A DNA stretch of 64,000 nt. Source: Haplodiscus bocki. Its lineage: Eukaryota. The translations under genes and the position numbers were made by a program. Shown here piece after piece: positions 48,701 through 61,900 of this stretch; positions within the stretch are counted from its first letter, which is position 1, and every line of letters starts with the position of its first letter. The DNA lies in contig OZ296650.1 of the NCBI GenBank assembly GCA_965655095.1, positions 112,344,001 through 112,408,000 on the forward strand. The letters run 5' to 3'. The notes beneath the pieces were generated by a model that searched no databases, had not been told where the DNA came from, and saw only the letters and a list, made by a program, of their open reading frames with translations.

Positions 48701-51700
48701 AGAAAAAAGCAAAAGAATTATCAATTGAGTAGTTCACCAGAGTTTCAAAATTGTTGGTCGGGACCGCGATGAAAAGAATCAAGTTTGTTGTTAACGGGAG
48801 GCATGTTTTTGAAACCTGAGGACATTCATTGCTTGTTACACTTCTTCGATTTTTCAAAAAATGAGCTTATTAATAGATGGATCAAAATGAAAGATTTTTA
48901 AAATGAAAACCCACCTGCAACGAAAAAAGTTTCCACTCACACTTTAGTGGAAGCAATCAAGCCTGTAGTCATAAGACAGAAGAGTTTAACAGTCCAGAAA
49001 ATCACAAAAAATATGGTACCTCTGGCTTTTTCAAACAGGCAGAATTTTGATGCCAGGTAAAGAGTGAAAAATTGTGTTTACGAATCGTCTTCCAAACGTA
49101 AGTGTCCTCGACTGAGCTGCTTTTCGATGAAACCACGCTTTTAGTGACGACGATTTATGAGTCGATATCAGAAACGAATCGTACACAAAAGCATATATGG
49201 CAGTTCCGGACGACTAGAAATCTGATGCAACTCAGCAAATCGATATGTATTCAATCAATTGGTTCACCAAAGATTCATCAATTTCATTGGGGAACTTAGC
49301 GGGAGAAATTGAGCTGGAATTCTGATTAGATATGAGCTTAAACTTCGACGAGAATCAGAAAGAATCGCAATTCATTGAATTCACTGACTTTTAGGATTCT
49401 GATGCAATGATCCAACTGATTGACTTTCCAAACGATTTTTTCTTTGTTTATTAAAAAGTTTTGAATGAGACCTTGATGGAAGATTTAAAGCCTGTACTTG
49501 CAATGGGGCGTGATTTTGAAACTGGACATAAACGAGTATTATTTGCATTTTTTTGTATTTTAGATGAAACAGGATTTTGTTGCAAGGATCAAGCTGAATG
49601 GTTTTCAATAACTGAACCTCCTGCTGCAGGCAAGAACATCTTCGATCTTAATTTCAAGGAAGCAATCAAACAAATAGATTTGGAGAGTCATGAGCTCGAT
49701 ATTCAGAAAAATTTTCTCAGACAAGCAGTACTTTCATGCAAGGTACAAAATGAAAAACTGTGCTGACGAATCGTGCTCCAAAAGTGAGTTTCATTCGACT
49801 GATTTCTTTTGGGGAGAAGTCAAGCATATAGTTACGGAGATTTAGGAGTCAATAAAAGAAGCGAATCAAACAGGAAAGCATTTATGGAAGTTTCGGATCA
49901 TCACAATTCTGATGCAACTACGCGAAACAGTCTTTTTGCAAAGAACTGATTCACCAAATTATCGACGGTCCTAAGAGTTTAGTTAGTGGGAGAAACCAGG
50001 CAGGATATTACGGTAAAATATCAAGTGAAATTGTAACAAGAATCAAATAGTTTGGCTTTTCTTGGAAATTTCGGACCATCAGGATTCTGATGCAGAGATC
50101 AAACTGATAGATTTTTCAAATGAATCAAACTCTGACCCATAAAATGTTTTGATGGAGAACTTGATGGAAGAATTTAAGCCTGTACTTGCTCAGGCGCGTC
50201 ATTTTGAATTGCTATATAAATCATTTTTATTTGTTCTTCCTCGATTTTTCGATAAATCAAGATATTGTAACAAGGAAAAATCGAATGATTTTTCGACTTA
50301 AGATACAGCTGCAGGCAAGAAAACTTTCGACTCACACCTGCATGTGAGCAATCAGGCCTGTGGTTTTGGAGAGACCTGGGTTTGAAAAATGAAGAAAAAA
50401 ATTACAGTACTTCTGGCTTTTTCAAATAGGCAGTACATTGATGCCAGGTAGAATGTGAAAAATTGTGCTTACGAATCTTCCCCATAACGTGAGTGTCCTC
50501 GACTGAGCCTCGTTAAGAAGAAATCACGCTTTCAGTGACGAAGAGAGATGAGTCGAATCGAGAAACGTTTCAAACACAGAAGCAATTATGGAAGATCCGC
50601 GCAATCAGAAATCTGATGAAAAGCAGCAAATTGACATTCTTGCAACTGAATGGTTCATCAAAGTTCCAAAAAGTCAATGGAGACCTAAGTGGAAGAAATG
50701 AGGCAAATATTATTACAGAAAAATGAGTCTGAAAAGAGTCAAGAATCAGAAACAGTGGGGTTTCTTCAAATTTTTGTTTCACTGGGACTCTGATACAAAG
50801 ATCAAAAATAAATATGATTCACTTGCATCATGCCTTGAAGCTTTGGAGGTTTCGATTGAGACTCCGAAAGAACAAATCAAGCTTGTGGTTACGTAGAAGA
50901 TTGGGTTCGATAACTGAATTGAATAAACCATAAACTCAATTGGTGGATTTATTGGAATGCCACGAAATCGTTCAAGAGATCAAATTCATCGATTGCACAT
51001 AGAAATCCTTCTTTGAATGATTCTGGTTTCAAGTAAGACCTTGATGGATCAAAGAAAGCATGTAGTTGCGAGGAGACGTGGACGTGGTTCAAACTCGGGT
51101 TAATTCAAATTATTCGTTTTTCTTCGACTTTTCAAAAGGTTAGCATTATGTTACAAACATCAAAAGGAGTGGATTCTCAAAAAAAACCTCCTGTTGCAAG
51201 GAAAAAAAATCATCAAATCACATTTTCACGCAGGCAACCACGCGTGTTGTATTGTAGAGATATGAGCTTGGAAATTGAGAAAAAATAAAAATACAGGTAC
51301 TTCTGGCTGTTACGAACAAGGGGTATTTTGATGCATGGTACAAAAATATACTGCTTTCGAATTTCCCTGCAAATGAATTTTTTTGCACTGAGACCTATTT
51401 GAGAAAAGTGAGCATGTAGTTCATGAGAGTTATGTTTTGATAAATGAATTCAGAGGGTTTCATGGAATTTTTGAACCTCCAGTTTTCTGATGCAACTCAG
51501 CAAATTGAGAATTTCTGAATCAACTGGTTTACCGAAAGTTCAAACTTTCACTGGGAACTTAGTGGAAGAAGTCAAGCAGTAATTCATGTGAGAAGGCAGT
51601 TTACACTTCGACAAAAAACAAAATTAATGACTTTTCATTGGTGTCAGGGACTATCAAGATTCTGATGCACGGATGAAACTGATCGATTTTGCAAAGGAAT

Positions 51701-54700
51701 CCTTTTTTTATAAAGAGTTTCGATTGAGACCTTGACGGAAGAAAAATAACGTGTAGTTGCTGGGAGGCGTGATTTTGAAACTCGACGTATATCAATACTA
51801 TTTTTACCTCTTCGACTTTTCGACACATCAGGATAATGTTACAAGTATCAAAAAAATGGCTTTCTAGCTGAAAGTCTTGTTGTAATCATGAAAATTTTCG
51901 ACTCACATCAGTATGAAAACAATGAAACCTGTAGTTATGGAGAGACAAGAGGTTAAAAGTCCAAAAAATGTAAAAATAACAGGTACTTCTGGCCTTTTCG
52001 AACCAGCAGATTTTTGATGGAAGGTACACAATGAAAAACTGTGCGAAGGAATCTTCGTCCACAAGTTAGTGTCTTTGATTGAGATTTTGTAGGAGAAATC
52101 ATGCAAGTAGTGAGGAAGTTATATTAGTCAAAAACAGAAATGTTTCAAACACAAAAGCGTTTATGGATGGTCCGTACGATCAGAAATCTGACGCAACTCA
52201 GCAAAGCGAAAGTTTTTGCAACTGATTGGTTCATCAAAATTCCAAAAAGTCAATGATACCTGAGTTGAAAAATGAAGCATATATTAATACGGAGTTTTGA
52301 GTCTGAAAACAATCAAGAATCAGAAGCAGTGGCGTTTCTTAATTTTCTTGTATCACCGGGACTCTGATACAAAGATCAAAAATAAATATGATTCACTTGC
52401 ATCATGCCTTGAAGCTTTGGAGGTTTCGATTGAGACTCCGAAAGAACAAATCAAGCTTGTGGTTACGTAGAAGATTGGGTTCGATAACTGAATTGAATAA
52501 ACCATAAACTCAATTGGTGGATTTATTGGAATGCCACGAAATCGTTCAAGAGATCAAATTCATCGATTGCACATAGAAATCCTTCTTTGAATGATTCTGG
52601 TTTCAAGTAAGACCTTGATGGATCAAAGAAAGCATGTAGTTGCGAGGAGACGTGGACGTGGTTCAAACTCGGGTTAATTCAAATTATTCGTTTTTCTTCG
52701 ACTTTTCAAAAGGTTAGCATTATGTTACAAACATCAAAAGGAGTGGATTCTCAAAAAAAACCTCCTGTTGCAAGGAAAAAAAATCATCAAATCACATTTT
52801 CACGCAGGCAACCACGCGTGTTGTATTGTAGAGATATGAGCTTGGAAATTGAGAAAAAATAAAAATACAGGTACTTCTGGCTGTTACGAACAAGGGGTAT
52901 TTTGATGCATGGTACAAAAATATACTGCTTTCGAATTTCCCTGCAAATGAATTTTTTTGCACTGAGACCTATTTGAGAAAAGTGAGCATGTAGTTCATGA
53001 GAGTTATGTTTTGATAAATGAATTCAGAGGGTTTCATGGAATTTTTGAACCTCCAGTTTTCTGATGCAACTCAGCAAATTGAGAATTTCTGAATCAACTG
53101 GTTTACCGAAAGTTCAAACTTTCACTGGGAACTTAGTGGAAGAAGTCAAGCAGTAATTCATGTGAGAAGGCAGTTTACACTTCGACAAAAAACAAAATTA
53201 ATGACTTTTCATTGGTGTCAGGGACTATCAAGATTCTGATGCACGGATGAAACTGATCGATTTTGCAAAGGAATCCTTTTTTTATAAAGAGTTTCGATTG
53301 AGACCTTGACGGAAGAAAAATAACGTGTAGTTGCTGGGAGGCGTGATTTTGAAACTCGACGTATATCAATACTATTTTTACCTCTTCGACTTTTCGACAC
53401 ATCAGGATAATGTTACAAGTATCAAAAAAATGGCTTTCTAGCTGAAAGTCTTGTTGTAATCATGAAAATTTTCGACTCACATCAGTATGAAAACAATGAA
53501 ACCTGTAGTTATGGAGAGACAAGAGGTTAAAAGTCCAAAAAATGTAAAAATAACAGGTACTTCTGGCCTTTTCGAACCAGCAGATTTTTGATGGAAGGTA
53601 CACAATGAAAAACTGTGCGAAGGAATCTTCGTCCACAAGTTAGTGTCTTTGATTGAGATTTTGTAGGAGAAATCATGCAAGTAGTGAGGAAGTTATATTA
53701 GTCAAAAACAGAAATGTTTCAAACACAAAAGCGTTTATGGATGGTCCGTACGATCAGAAATCTGACGCAACTCAGCAAAGCGAAAGTTTTTGCAACTGAT
53801 TGGTTCATCAAAATTCCAAAAAGTCAATGATACCTGAGTTGAAAAATGAAGCATATATTAATACGGAGTTTTGAGTCTGAAAACAATCAAGAATCAGAAG
53901 CAGTGGCGTTTCTTAATTTTCTTGTATCACCGGGACTCTGATGCAAAGATGAAACCTAACTATAATTCAATTGCACCATGCCTTGAATAGTTGGGGGTTT
54001 CGATTGAGACTTCGAAAGATCAAATCAAGTTTGTGGTTAAGTAACATATTGGGTTCGACAACTGAATTGAATCAACCATAAACTCAACTGATGGATTTAT
54101 TGGAGTGTCACGAAATTGTTCAAGAGATCAAATTCATTGATTGTTCTTAGACACCCTTCTCTGGATGATTATGACTTCGAGTAGGACCTTGATCGATCGA
54201 AAAAAGCTTGTAGTTGCGAGGAGACGTGGTTTTGAACTCGGGTTAAATCATATTATTCGTTTTTCTTCGACTTTTCAAAAGGTTAGCATTATGTTACAAA
54301 GATCAAAAGGAAGGGGTTCTCGAAAAAAACATGCTGTTGCAAGGAAAAAAACCAACAAATCACATTTTCACGCAGGCAACCACGCGTGTTGTTTTGTAGA
54401 GATATGAGTTTGGAAATCGAGAAAAAATAAATATACAGGTACTTCTGGCTTTTACTAACAAGCAGTATTTTGATGCATGGTACAAAAAAACTGTGCTTGC
54501 GAATCTCCCTGCAAATGATTTTTTTTGCACTGGGACATAATTGAAAGAAAGTGAACATGTAGTTCATTAGAGTTATGTTTTGATAAATAATTTCAGAAAG
54601 TTTGATGGAATTTTTGGACCATCAGTTTTCAGATGCAACTCAGCAAATCGATACTTCCTGAATCAACTGGTTTACCGAAGATTCAAACAGTCACTGGGAA

Positions 54701-57700
54701 CTTAGTGGAAAAAATCAAGCAGGAATTCATGGTGAGAAAGCAGTTTACAAGTCGACGAAAATCAAAAAGAATGGCATTTCGTGGAAGTCACGGTCTATCA
54801 GGATTCTGATGCACGGATCAAACTGATCGATTTTGCAAAGGAATCATTTTTTAAAAAGAGTTTCGATTCGATTGAGACCTTGGTGGAAGGGAAATAACCT
54901 GTAGTTGCTGGGAGGCGTGATTTTGAGCTCGGCATAAATCAATACTCTTTTTATTTATTCGACTTTTCCATACATCAGGATAATATTACATCAATCAAAA
55001 TGAATGGTGTTCTAGCTGAACTTCCTGCTGTGATCAAGAAAATGATCGACTCACAACAGTATGAAAATGAGGAAACCTGTAGTTATGGAGAGACATGCGA
55101 TTAAAAGTCAACAAAAAATTAAAAATGACAGGTACTTTTGGCTCTTTCGAACAAGCAGGTTTTTGATGGAAGGTACACAATGAAAAATTGTGCAAACGAA
55201 TCTTCGTGCACAAGTTAGTATCTTCGATTGAGATTTTGTTGGAGGAAATCATGCAACTAGTGACGAAGTTATATGAGTCAAAATCAGAAACGTTTCAAAC
55301 ACAAAATCATTTATGGATTATCCGGAGGATCAGAAATCTGATGCAACGCAGCCAGTCGACATTCTTGCAACTGATTGGTTCATCAAAGTTCCGAAATTTC
55401 AATGGGGACCTAAGTGGAAGAAATGAGGCAAATATTATTACGGAACATTGAGTCTGAAAATAGTTAAGAATCAGAAACAGTGGGGTTTCTTAAAATTTTT
55501 GTTTCACTGGGACTCTGATGCAAAGATCAAAAATAACTATGATTCAATTGCATCATGCTTTGAAGTTTTGGAGGTTTCGATGGAGACTCCGAAAGAACAA
55601 ATCAAGCTTGTTGTTACGTAGAAGATTGGGTTCGATAAATGAATTGAATCAACCATAAACTCAACTGATGGATTTATTGGAATGGCACAAAATCGTTTAA
55701 GAGATCAAATTCATCGATTGTCCATAAAAACCCTTCCCTGAATGATTATGGTTTGGAGTATGACCTTGATGGATCAGAAAAAGCATGTAGTTGCGAAGGG
55801 ACGTGATTTTTTAACTCGAGTTAAATCATATTATTTGTTTTTCTTCGACTTTTCAAAAGGTTAGCATTATGTTGAAAAAATCAAAAGGAAACGCGTTCCG
55901 AAAAAAACCTCCTGTTGCAAGGAAAAAACCATCAAATCACATTTTCACGCAGGCAACCACGCATATGGTTTTGTAGAGATATGAGTTTGGAAATCGAGAA
56001 AAAATAAAATTACAGGTTCTTCTGGTTTTTACGAACAAGCAGTATTTTGATGCATGGTACAAAAAAACGGTGCTTGCGAATCTCGCTGCAATTGAAGTTT
56101 TTTGCACTGAGACATATTTGAAAGGAAGTGAGCATGTAGTGCAGAAGAGTTATGTTTTGGTAAATGATTTCAGAAGGTTCCATGGAATTTTTGGACCATC
56201 AGTATTCTGATGCAACTCAACAAATCAATACTTCCTGAATCAACTGGTTTACCGAAGATTCAAACAGTCACTGGGAACTTAGTGGAAAAAATCAAGCAAG
56301 AATTCTTGGTGAGAAAGCAGTGTACACTTCGACGAAAATCAAAAAGAATGGCATTTCGTGGAAGTCACGGTCTATCAGGATTCTGATGCAGGGATCAAAC
56401 TGATCAATTTTGCAAAGGAATTTTTTTATAAAGAGTTTCGATTCGATTGAGACCTTGGTGGAAGGAAAATAACATGTAGTTGCTGGGAGGCGTGATTTTG
56501 AAACTCGACGTAAACCAATACTATTTTTATTTATTCGATTCTTCCATACATCAGGATAATTTTACATCGATCAAAATGAATGGTGTTCTAGCTGAACTTC
56601 CTGCTGTGATCATGAAATTTTTCGACTCACATCAGTATGAAAACAAGGAAACCTGTAGCTATGGAGAGGCATGAGATTAAATGCCCTGAAAAAACTAAAA
56701 ATGACAGATACTTCTGGCTTTTTCGAACAAGCAGAATTTTGATGGAAGGTACACAATGAAAAACTGTGCGAACGAATCTTCGTGCACAAGTTAGTATCTT
56801 CGATTGAGTATTTGTTGGAGGAAATCATGCAAATAGTGACGAATTTTTATGAGTCAAAATCAGAAACGTTTCAAACACAAAAGCGTTTATGGAAGATCCG
56901 GAGGATCAGAAATCTGATGCAACGCAGCAAATCGACATTCTTGCAATTGATTGTTTCATCAAAGTTCCAGAAACTCAAAAGGGACCTAAGTAGAAGAAAT
57001 GAGGCAAATATTATTCCGGAATAACGAGTCTGAAAATAGTCAAGACTTAGAAACAGTGGGGTTTCTTAAAAATTTTGTTTCAATGGGACTCTGATGCAAA
57101 GATAAAAAAAAACTATGGTTCAATTGCATCATGCTTTGAAGTTTTAGGGGTTTCGATTGAGACTCCGATAGAACAAATCAAGCTTGTGGTTACGTAGAAG
57201 ATTGGGTTCGATAACTGACTTGAATCAACCATAAATTCAATTGATGTATTTATTGGAATGCCACGAAATCGTTCAAGAGATCAAATTCATCGATTGTCCA
57301 TAGAAACCCTTCTCTGAATGGTTATGGTTTCGAGTAAGACCTTGATGGATCAGAAAAAGCATGTAGTTGCGAAGAGACGTGATTTTTTAACTCGGGTTAA
57401 ATCATAATTTTTTTATTTTTCTTCGACTTTCCAAAAAGTTAGCATAATGTTACAAAGATCAAAAGTAAAGGCGTTTCGAAAAAAACCTCCTGTTGCAAGG
57501 AAAAAAACCATCAAATCACCTTTTCACGCAGGCAACCACGCGTGTGGTTTTGTAGAGATATGAGTTTGGAAATCGAGAAAAAATAAAATTACAGGTACTT
57601 CTGGCTTTTACGAACAAGCATTTTTTTGATGCATGATACAAAAAGAAAAACGGTGCTTGCGAATCTCCCTTCAAATGCAAATTTTTGCATTGCGACTTTT

Positions 57701-58900
57701 TTGAAAGAATTTGAGCATGTAGTGTATGAGAGTTCTGTTTTGATAAATGAATTCGAAAGATTTCATGGATTTTTGGACCATCAGTATTCTGATGCTACTC
57801 AGCAAATCGATACTTTCTGAATCAACTGGTTTACCGAAGATTCAAACATTCACTGGGAAGTTAGTGGAAGAAGTGAAGCAAGAACTTATGGTGAGTAAGC
57901 AGTTTACACTTCGACGAAAATCAAAAGGAATGGAATTTCAAGGAATTTACGGATCATCATGATTCCGATCCAAAGATGAAATTGATTGATTTTGCAAAGG
58001 AATCCTTTTCTGTTTGTTAAAAGGTTTCGAGTGAGACCTTGACGGAAGAAATACAACGTGTAGTTGCTGGGATGCGTGATTTTCTAAATCGACATAAATC
58101 AATACTTGTTTATTTTGTCGATTTTTTGATTTATCAAGTTTTTGTCACAGGGATCAGAATGAATGGTCTATCAACAGAGCGTCCTGTTCAAGGCGAGAAA
58201 TTTTTTTGATTTACACTCTCCTGCAAGCAGTCAAGGCTGTAGCTTTTGAGAGATATCAGTTTGAAGAACGAGAAAAACTGAAATTGACAGGTACTCTTGC
58301 GTTTTTCGAACAAGCAGACCTTTGATGCAATGTACAAAACGACAAAATGTGCTTGCAAATCACCTTCCAAAAGTGAGTATCCTCAACTTAACTTTTCATG
58401 GAATAAATAAAGCATGTAGTGACGAAGATTTCTGAGTGGATATTAGGAAAGTATCAAACACAAAAGCATTTATGGAAGTTGCTGTCGATCAGAATTTCCA
58501 TGCAATTCAGCAAATTGAGGATTTTTTCAGTGAATTGGTGCATCAAACTTTCAAAGTTTCCAATGGGGAACTTTGTGGAGGAAATCAAGCATGAATTCAC
58601 AGTATAACATCAGTTGAAGTTTCGAGGAGTATCAAAAAGAATTTTTCTTTTTGGAATTAACGGACTACCAGGATTCTGATGCAAAAGTCAAACTGATAGG
58701 TTTTTCAAATGAATCAGGCTCTGAACTGTAAAGCGTTTTAATTGAGACATTGATGGAAGAAACAAAATCTATAGCTTTTGGGGAGTGTGATTTTGAAAGT
58801 TGAAATGAATTGTTCTCATTTGTATTTCTTCGATTGTTCGATACATCAAGATTTTGTTACGCGGATCTAAATGAATGGTTCTGTAATACAAAAACGTTTG
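45800..58900 (+). repeat. Satellite array: ~175-bp monomers with ~700-bp (4-mer) and ~1574-bp (9-mer) higher-order repeats
   Basis: Monomer anchors (TCGATTGAGACCTTGATGGAAGAAATCAAGC.TGTAGTT; ATTCTGATGCA) every ~160-190 bp; CGTGATTTTGAA-type anchor at ~48106, 48801, 49510, 50196, 51085, 51768, 52659, 53342, 54225, 54917, 55802, 56491, 57378, 58075, 58786; identical ORFs offset by exactly 1574 bp (51601/53175, 51903/53477). Confidence 0.92.
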
Positions 58901-58980
58901 GAGAAGAAGTTCTTGAAATATCATCGGACGAAAAGTAACTTTGTTCATATTTCTTTTTTATGACATTTCAAGAACGTTTA

Positions 58981-61900
58981 TGATGCAACAGTCTATGTAG
59001 AGTTGAAGTACTGTGCAAGAAGAGAATAGTTGTTTCCCCAGGAGAACGACTTGGAATCCTAAGAATTATCTCAGTACTCAAGTTAGATCAATTCAACTTT
59101 ATTCGTAGTCTTATTTCGCTAAGAAACACAAAGAACATCCTACATTATTTTATACAATTTGGTGCGATAAAAGTGGAATTTCCTACTCGTCAACCGTCTC
59201 TACCTTCACTCTCAACAATTCTTCCTATTCCTTCTTTTACATTTGCTTTGGCTTGTTTTTCTTCAATTTTTAGACGTTTTCTGAAACAAAAACACAGAAT
59301 TGAATATTTTTCTTTTCAAGTTTTGTTCAGTCGTTTCGACTTTAAACTTCCAGTCCTTTGAACTTTAAACTTCGAAAATCGTTTCGACTCTAAACTGGGT
59401 CATCCCTTCTACATATTTGTTCGCTGTCCGTTTTAGTAACTGAATCCTGCCTGGACCTTGAGTTTATTCCATCCTAGTATCGTAAACTAGACTCTGAGTT
59501 TAATACATTCTAGTGTTGGGGCAGCATTCCTTTATTCCTCTACTCCGCCCTATTTCTACATTTCAATTTACCATTTTTTAATGTAAACGTCGACAACAAA
59601 ATTTTCTCTATCTCTCCGAATTTTTAAATTTTCAGCTTCTTATCGATTCAGTTTCCCTCCGAAATTTCTCTTACCATTCTCACTGAAACTTTTCTTTACA
59701 GTTCATACTGTAGAGTGTGAAATTTATAGTTAGCTAATTTTATTGCTTTTTTCTGACAATATGATTTTTTTTGGAAATTTTTTTCTCCTGTCAATTCTAT
59801 TGTTGCAATGATCTTATCTTCTATGTTGTAAAAACCGTTTTTTCAATGTAGTTTCCTACTCTCTGGCTCCCTATTTTTTCCACCCGTTAGGACTTAAAAA
59901 CTGAAGACGAAATTTCCTTTGCATAACGTCTTTGACATTTTATGTTGCTGACTACTAAGGTCACTGCTAAAAACATAGTTAGGATTTGTTTGTCAGAGAA
60001 GAGAGTGTTTAGACAGTACTGAACTCCGTTCTACCTATCAAAAATCTCCCGTCCTGTAAAACATAATAGTATAATCTTGCGATCAGCGTTGATAAGACAT
60101 TGTACGCGAACGTTGATTGTTCGGAGTTTCGCAATCTGTCTTAAAAGTATTTTCCCTGGTCGCTATTTTTACCTTACAAACAAAGTCTTTCACATGGAAA
60201 CCTTTTTCTAACATTCTGCTATCAATCTTTAGGTCGAAGGCAGTTTCAAACAAATTTTAATTTTGCCAACAACCTTTTGGTTGAACGGAACTTCCTAAAT
60301 GTTTAGGGTTTCAAACCCTCTTCATATTTTTTTTCCTTTTCTGGCAGCTCGCATTGTATAAACATATACAACGTTCTGAAACTTTATTCATTTAACCTTC
60401 TGCAAAGAATTGTGTAAAGATTTTCTATTTGACTATTGAAATCTTCTGGATTCAAACATTTCCAATTCCTCTGGAAAACTTATGAGACCATGTCAAAGAA
60501 ACGAACTGCTAATTCACGCTCAAACATTCTATCTGGAAAAGGAAACGACGATAATAGCAACCACTTTGAGAAAAACACTGAATCTCTTCAAAATGAAACC
60601 TTCGTTGAACCGAATATAAACCCAAATGATAATACACAAATTCACTGCAATTCCCAGAATCTTTTTATTCTGAGTTATTTACCAGACAAGTACAAAACCC
60701 ATCTGTAGAATTGCAACAGAAAATGGTTTGAAGTTTTTTCATCAGAACAAACTCAAGCCCAAATCGAACATTTAAGATTACAACATTAACGAAGAATTGA
60801 AGCTACAAATCAATTAATACGAAAGCAGGAACTGGAACGTAACCAAGTGATCCAAACAGTGAATCAACTTGATACTGAAATCCAACATGATAATATGTTT
60901 CCAGAAAATACTAAAATGATACCTTAGACATCGAAGAAGGTACTACCACAACAAAATGCAACATCTGAGTTTTCCATTACTGCACCACTCGTTTTTCATA
61001 TCACTACAAAAAGACACAAACGCGTTTTTATTACGGAAACTTTTGAGCTTTACAGAAAATTTCACCTATACTTCAACAATTTCTCTGGTTTTTGAAAAAC
61101 GCAATATGGATATTTGTTCAATTCCTCTGATTAGAGAACATCATGACTCCTATATATATTATATTCAAGAAAAGACTTGTGAATCAAGTTTTGTTGATGT
61201 ACAATCCACTGTATGTTTCAACACATTCCGAAACATTAGCACTGGAATTTTTCCGAGGAGGGAAATCCAATAAATTTTTTTACTAATTCAGGAGGTGTTC
61301 GTACATTTCTGAATAAATTGGAAGAAGCTATATATTTTTCAGAAAAACCTATAGTAGTTTCCTCTGTAATTGAGGCGCTCCATAAAAACAATTTTGTGTG
61401 AAACATCTGAAGTGGATAGAATTGAGAGATATAATAGTCCACACCACTGGTTACTGCGAGATTTTACTCAAATGGATGCTTTCCAATATACATTTTTTCC
61501 CAATTAACTGTTTTAGACCTTTACAAAACCACAATGTAAAGCTTTTTTCCGTTCCTGAGAAAGTTTCTTTCCATTGAATCATCAATTTATCTGGCATGTT
61601 TTAGAACAAAGCTGTTTAAAAAACTTCTCAAACATTTCTCTGAACAAAAGTTGCTTCATTTCTTGAATAAAACTGAAATGATTCATCCCAAAAACTTTAA
61701 ATTACTCCAAATCAATACTGAAAATGTTTCTCAATTCGGATTTCCACCCCATATAATTACTCGAGGAATCACTGCAAATAGACCCATTGATCACAATACT
61801 GACGAATTACGTTAAATTCAATCAAAATTCACTGGGGAAATTAGTGCTGAGAAATCACAACAAAGTACTGGTGCTGGTTTCCAGTTACAAACACAAAGAA

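Noticed and set aside
45800-58900. Many 60-143-aa ORFs in the satellite
   Set aside because: Frames break at different places in each unit on both strands and no domain is recognisable.
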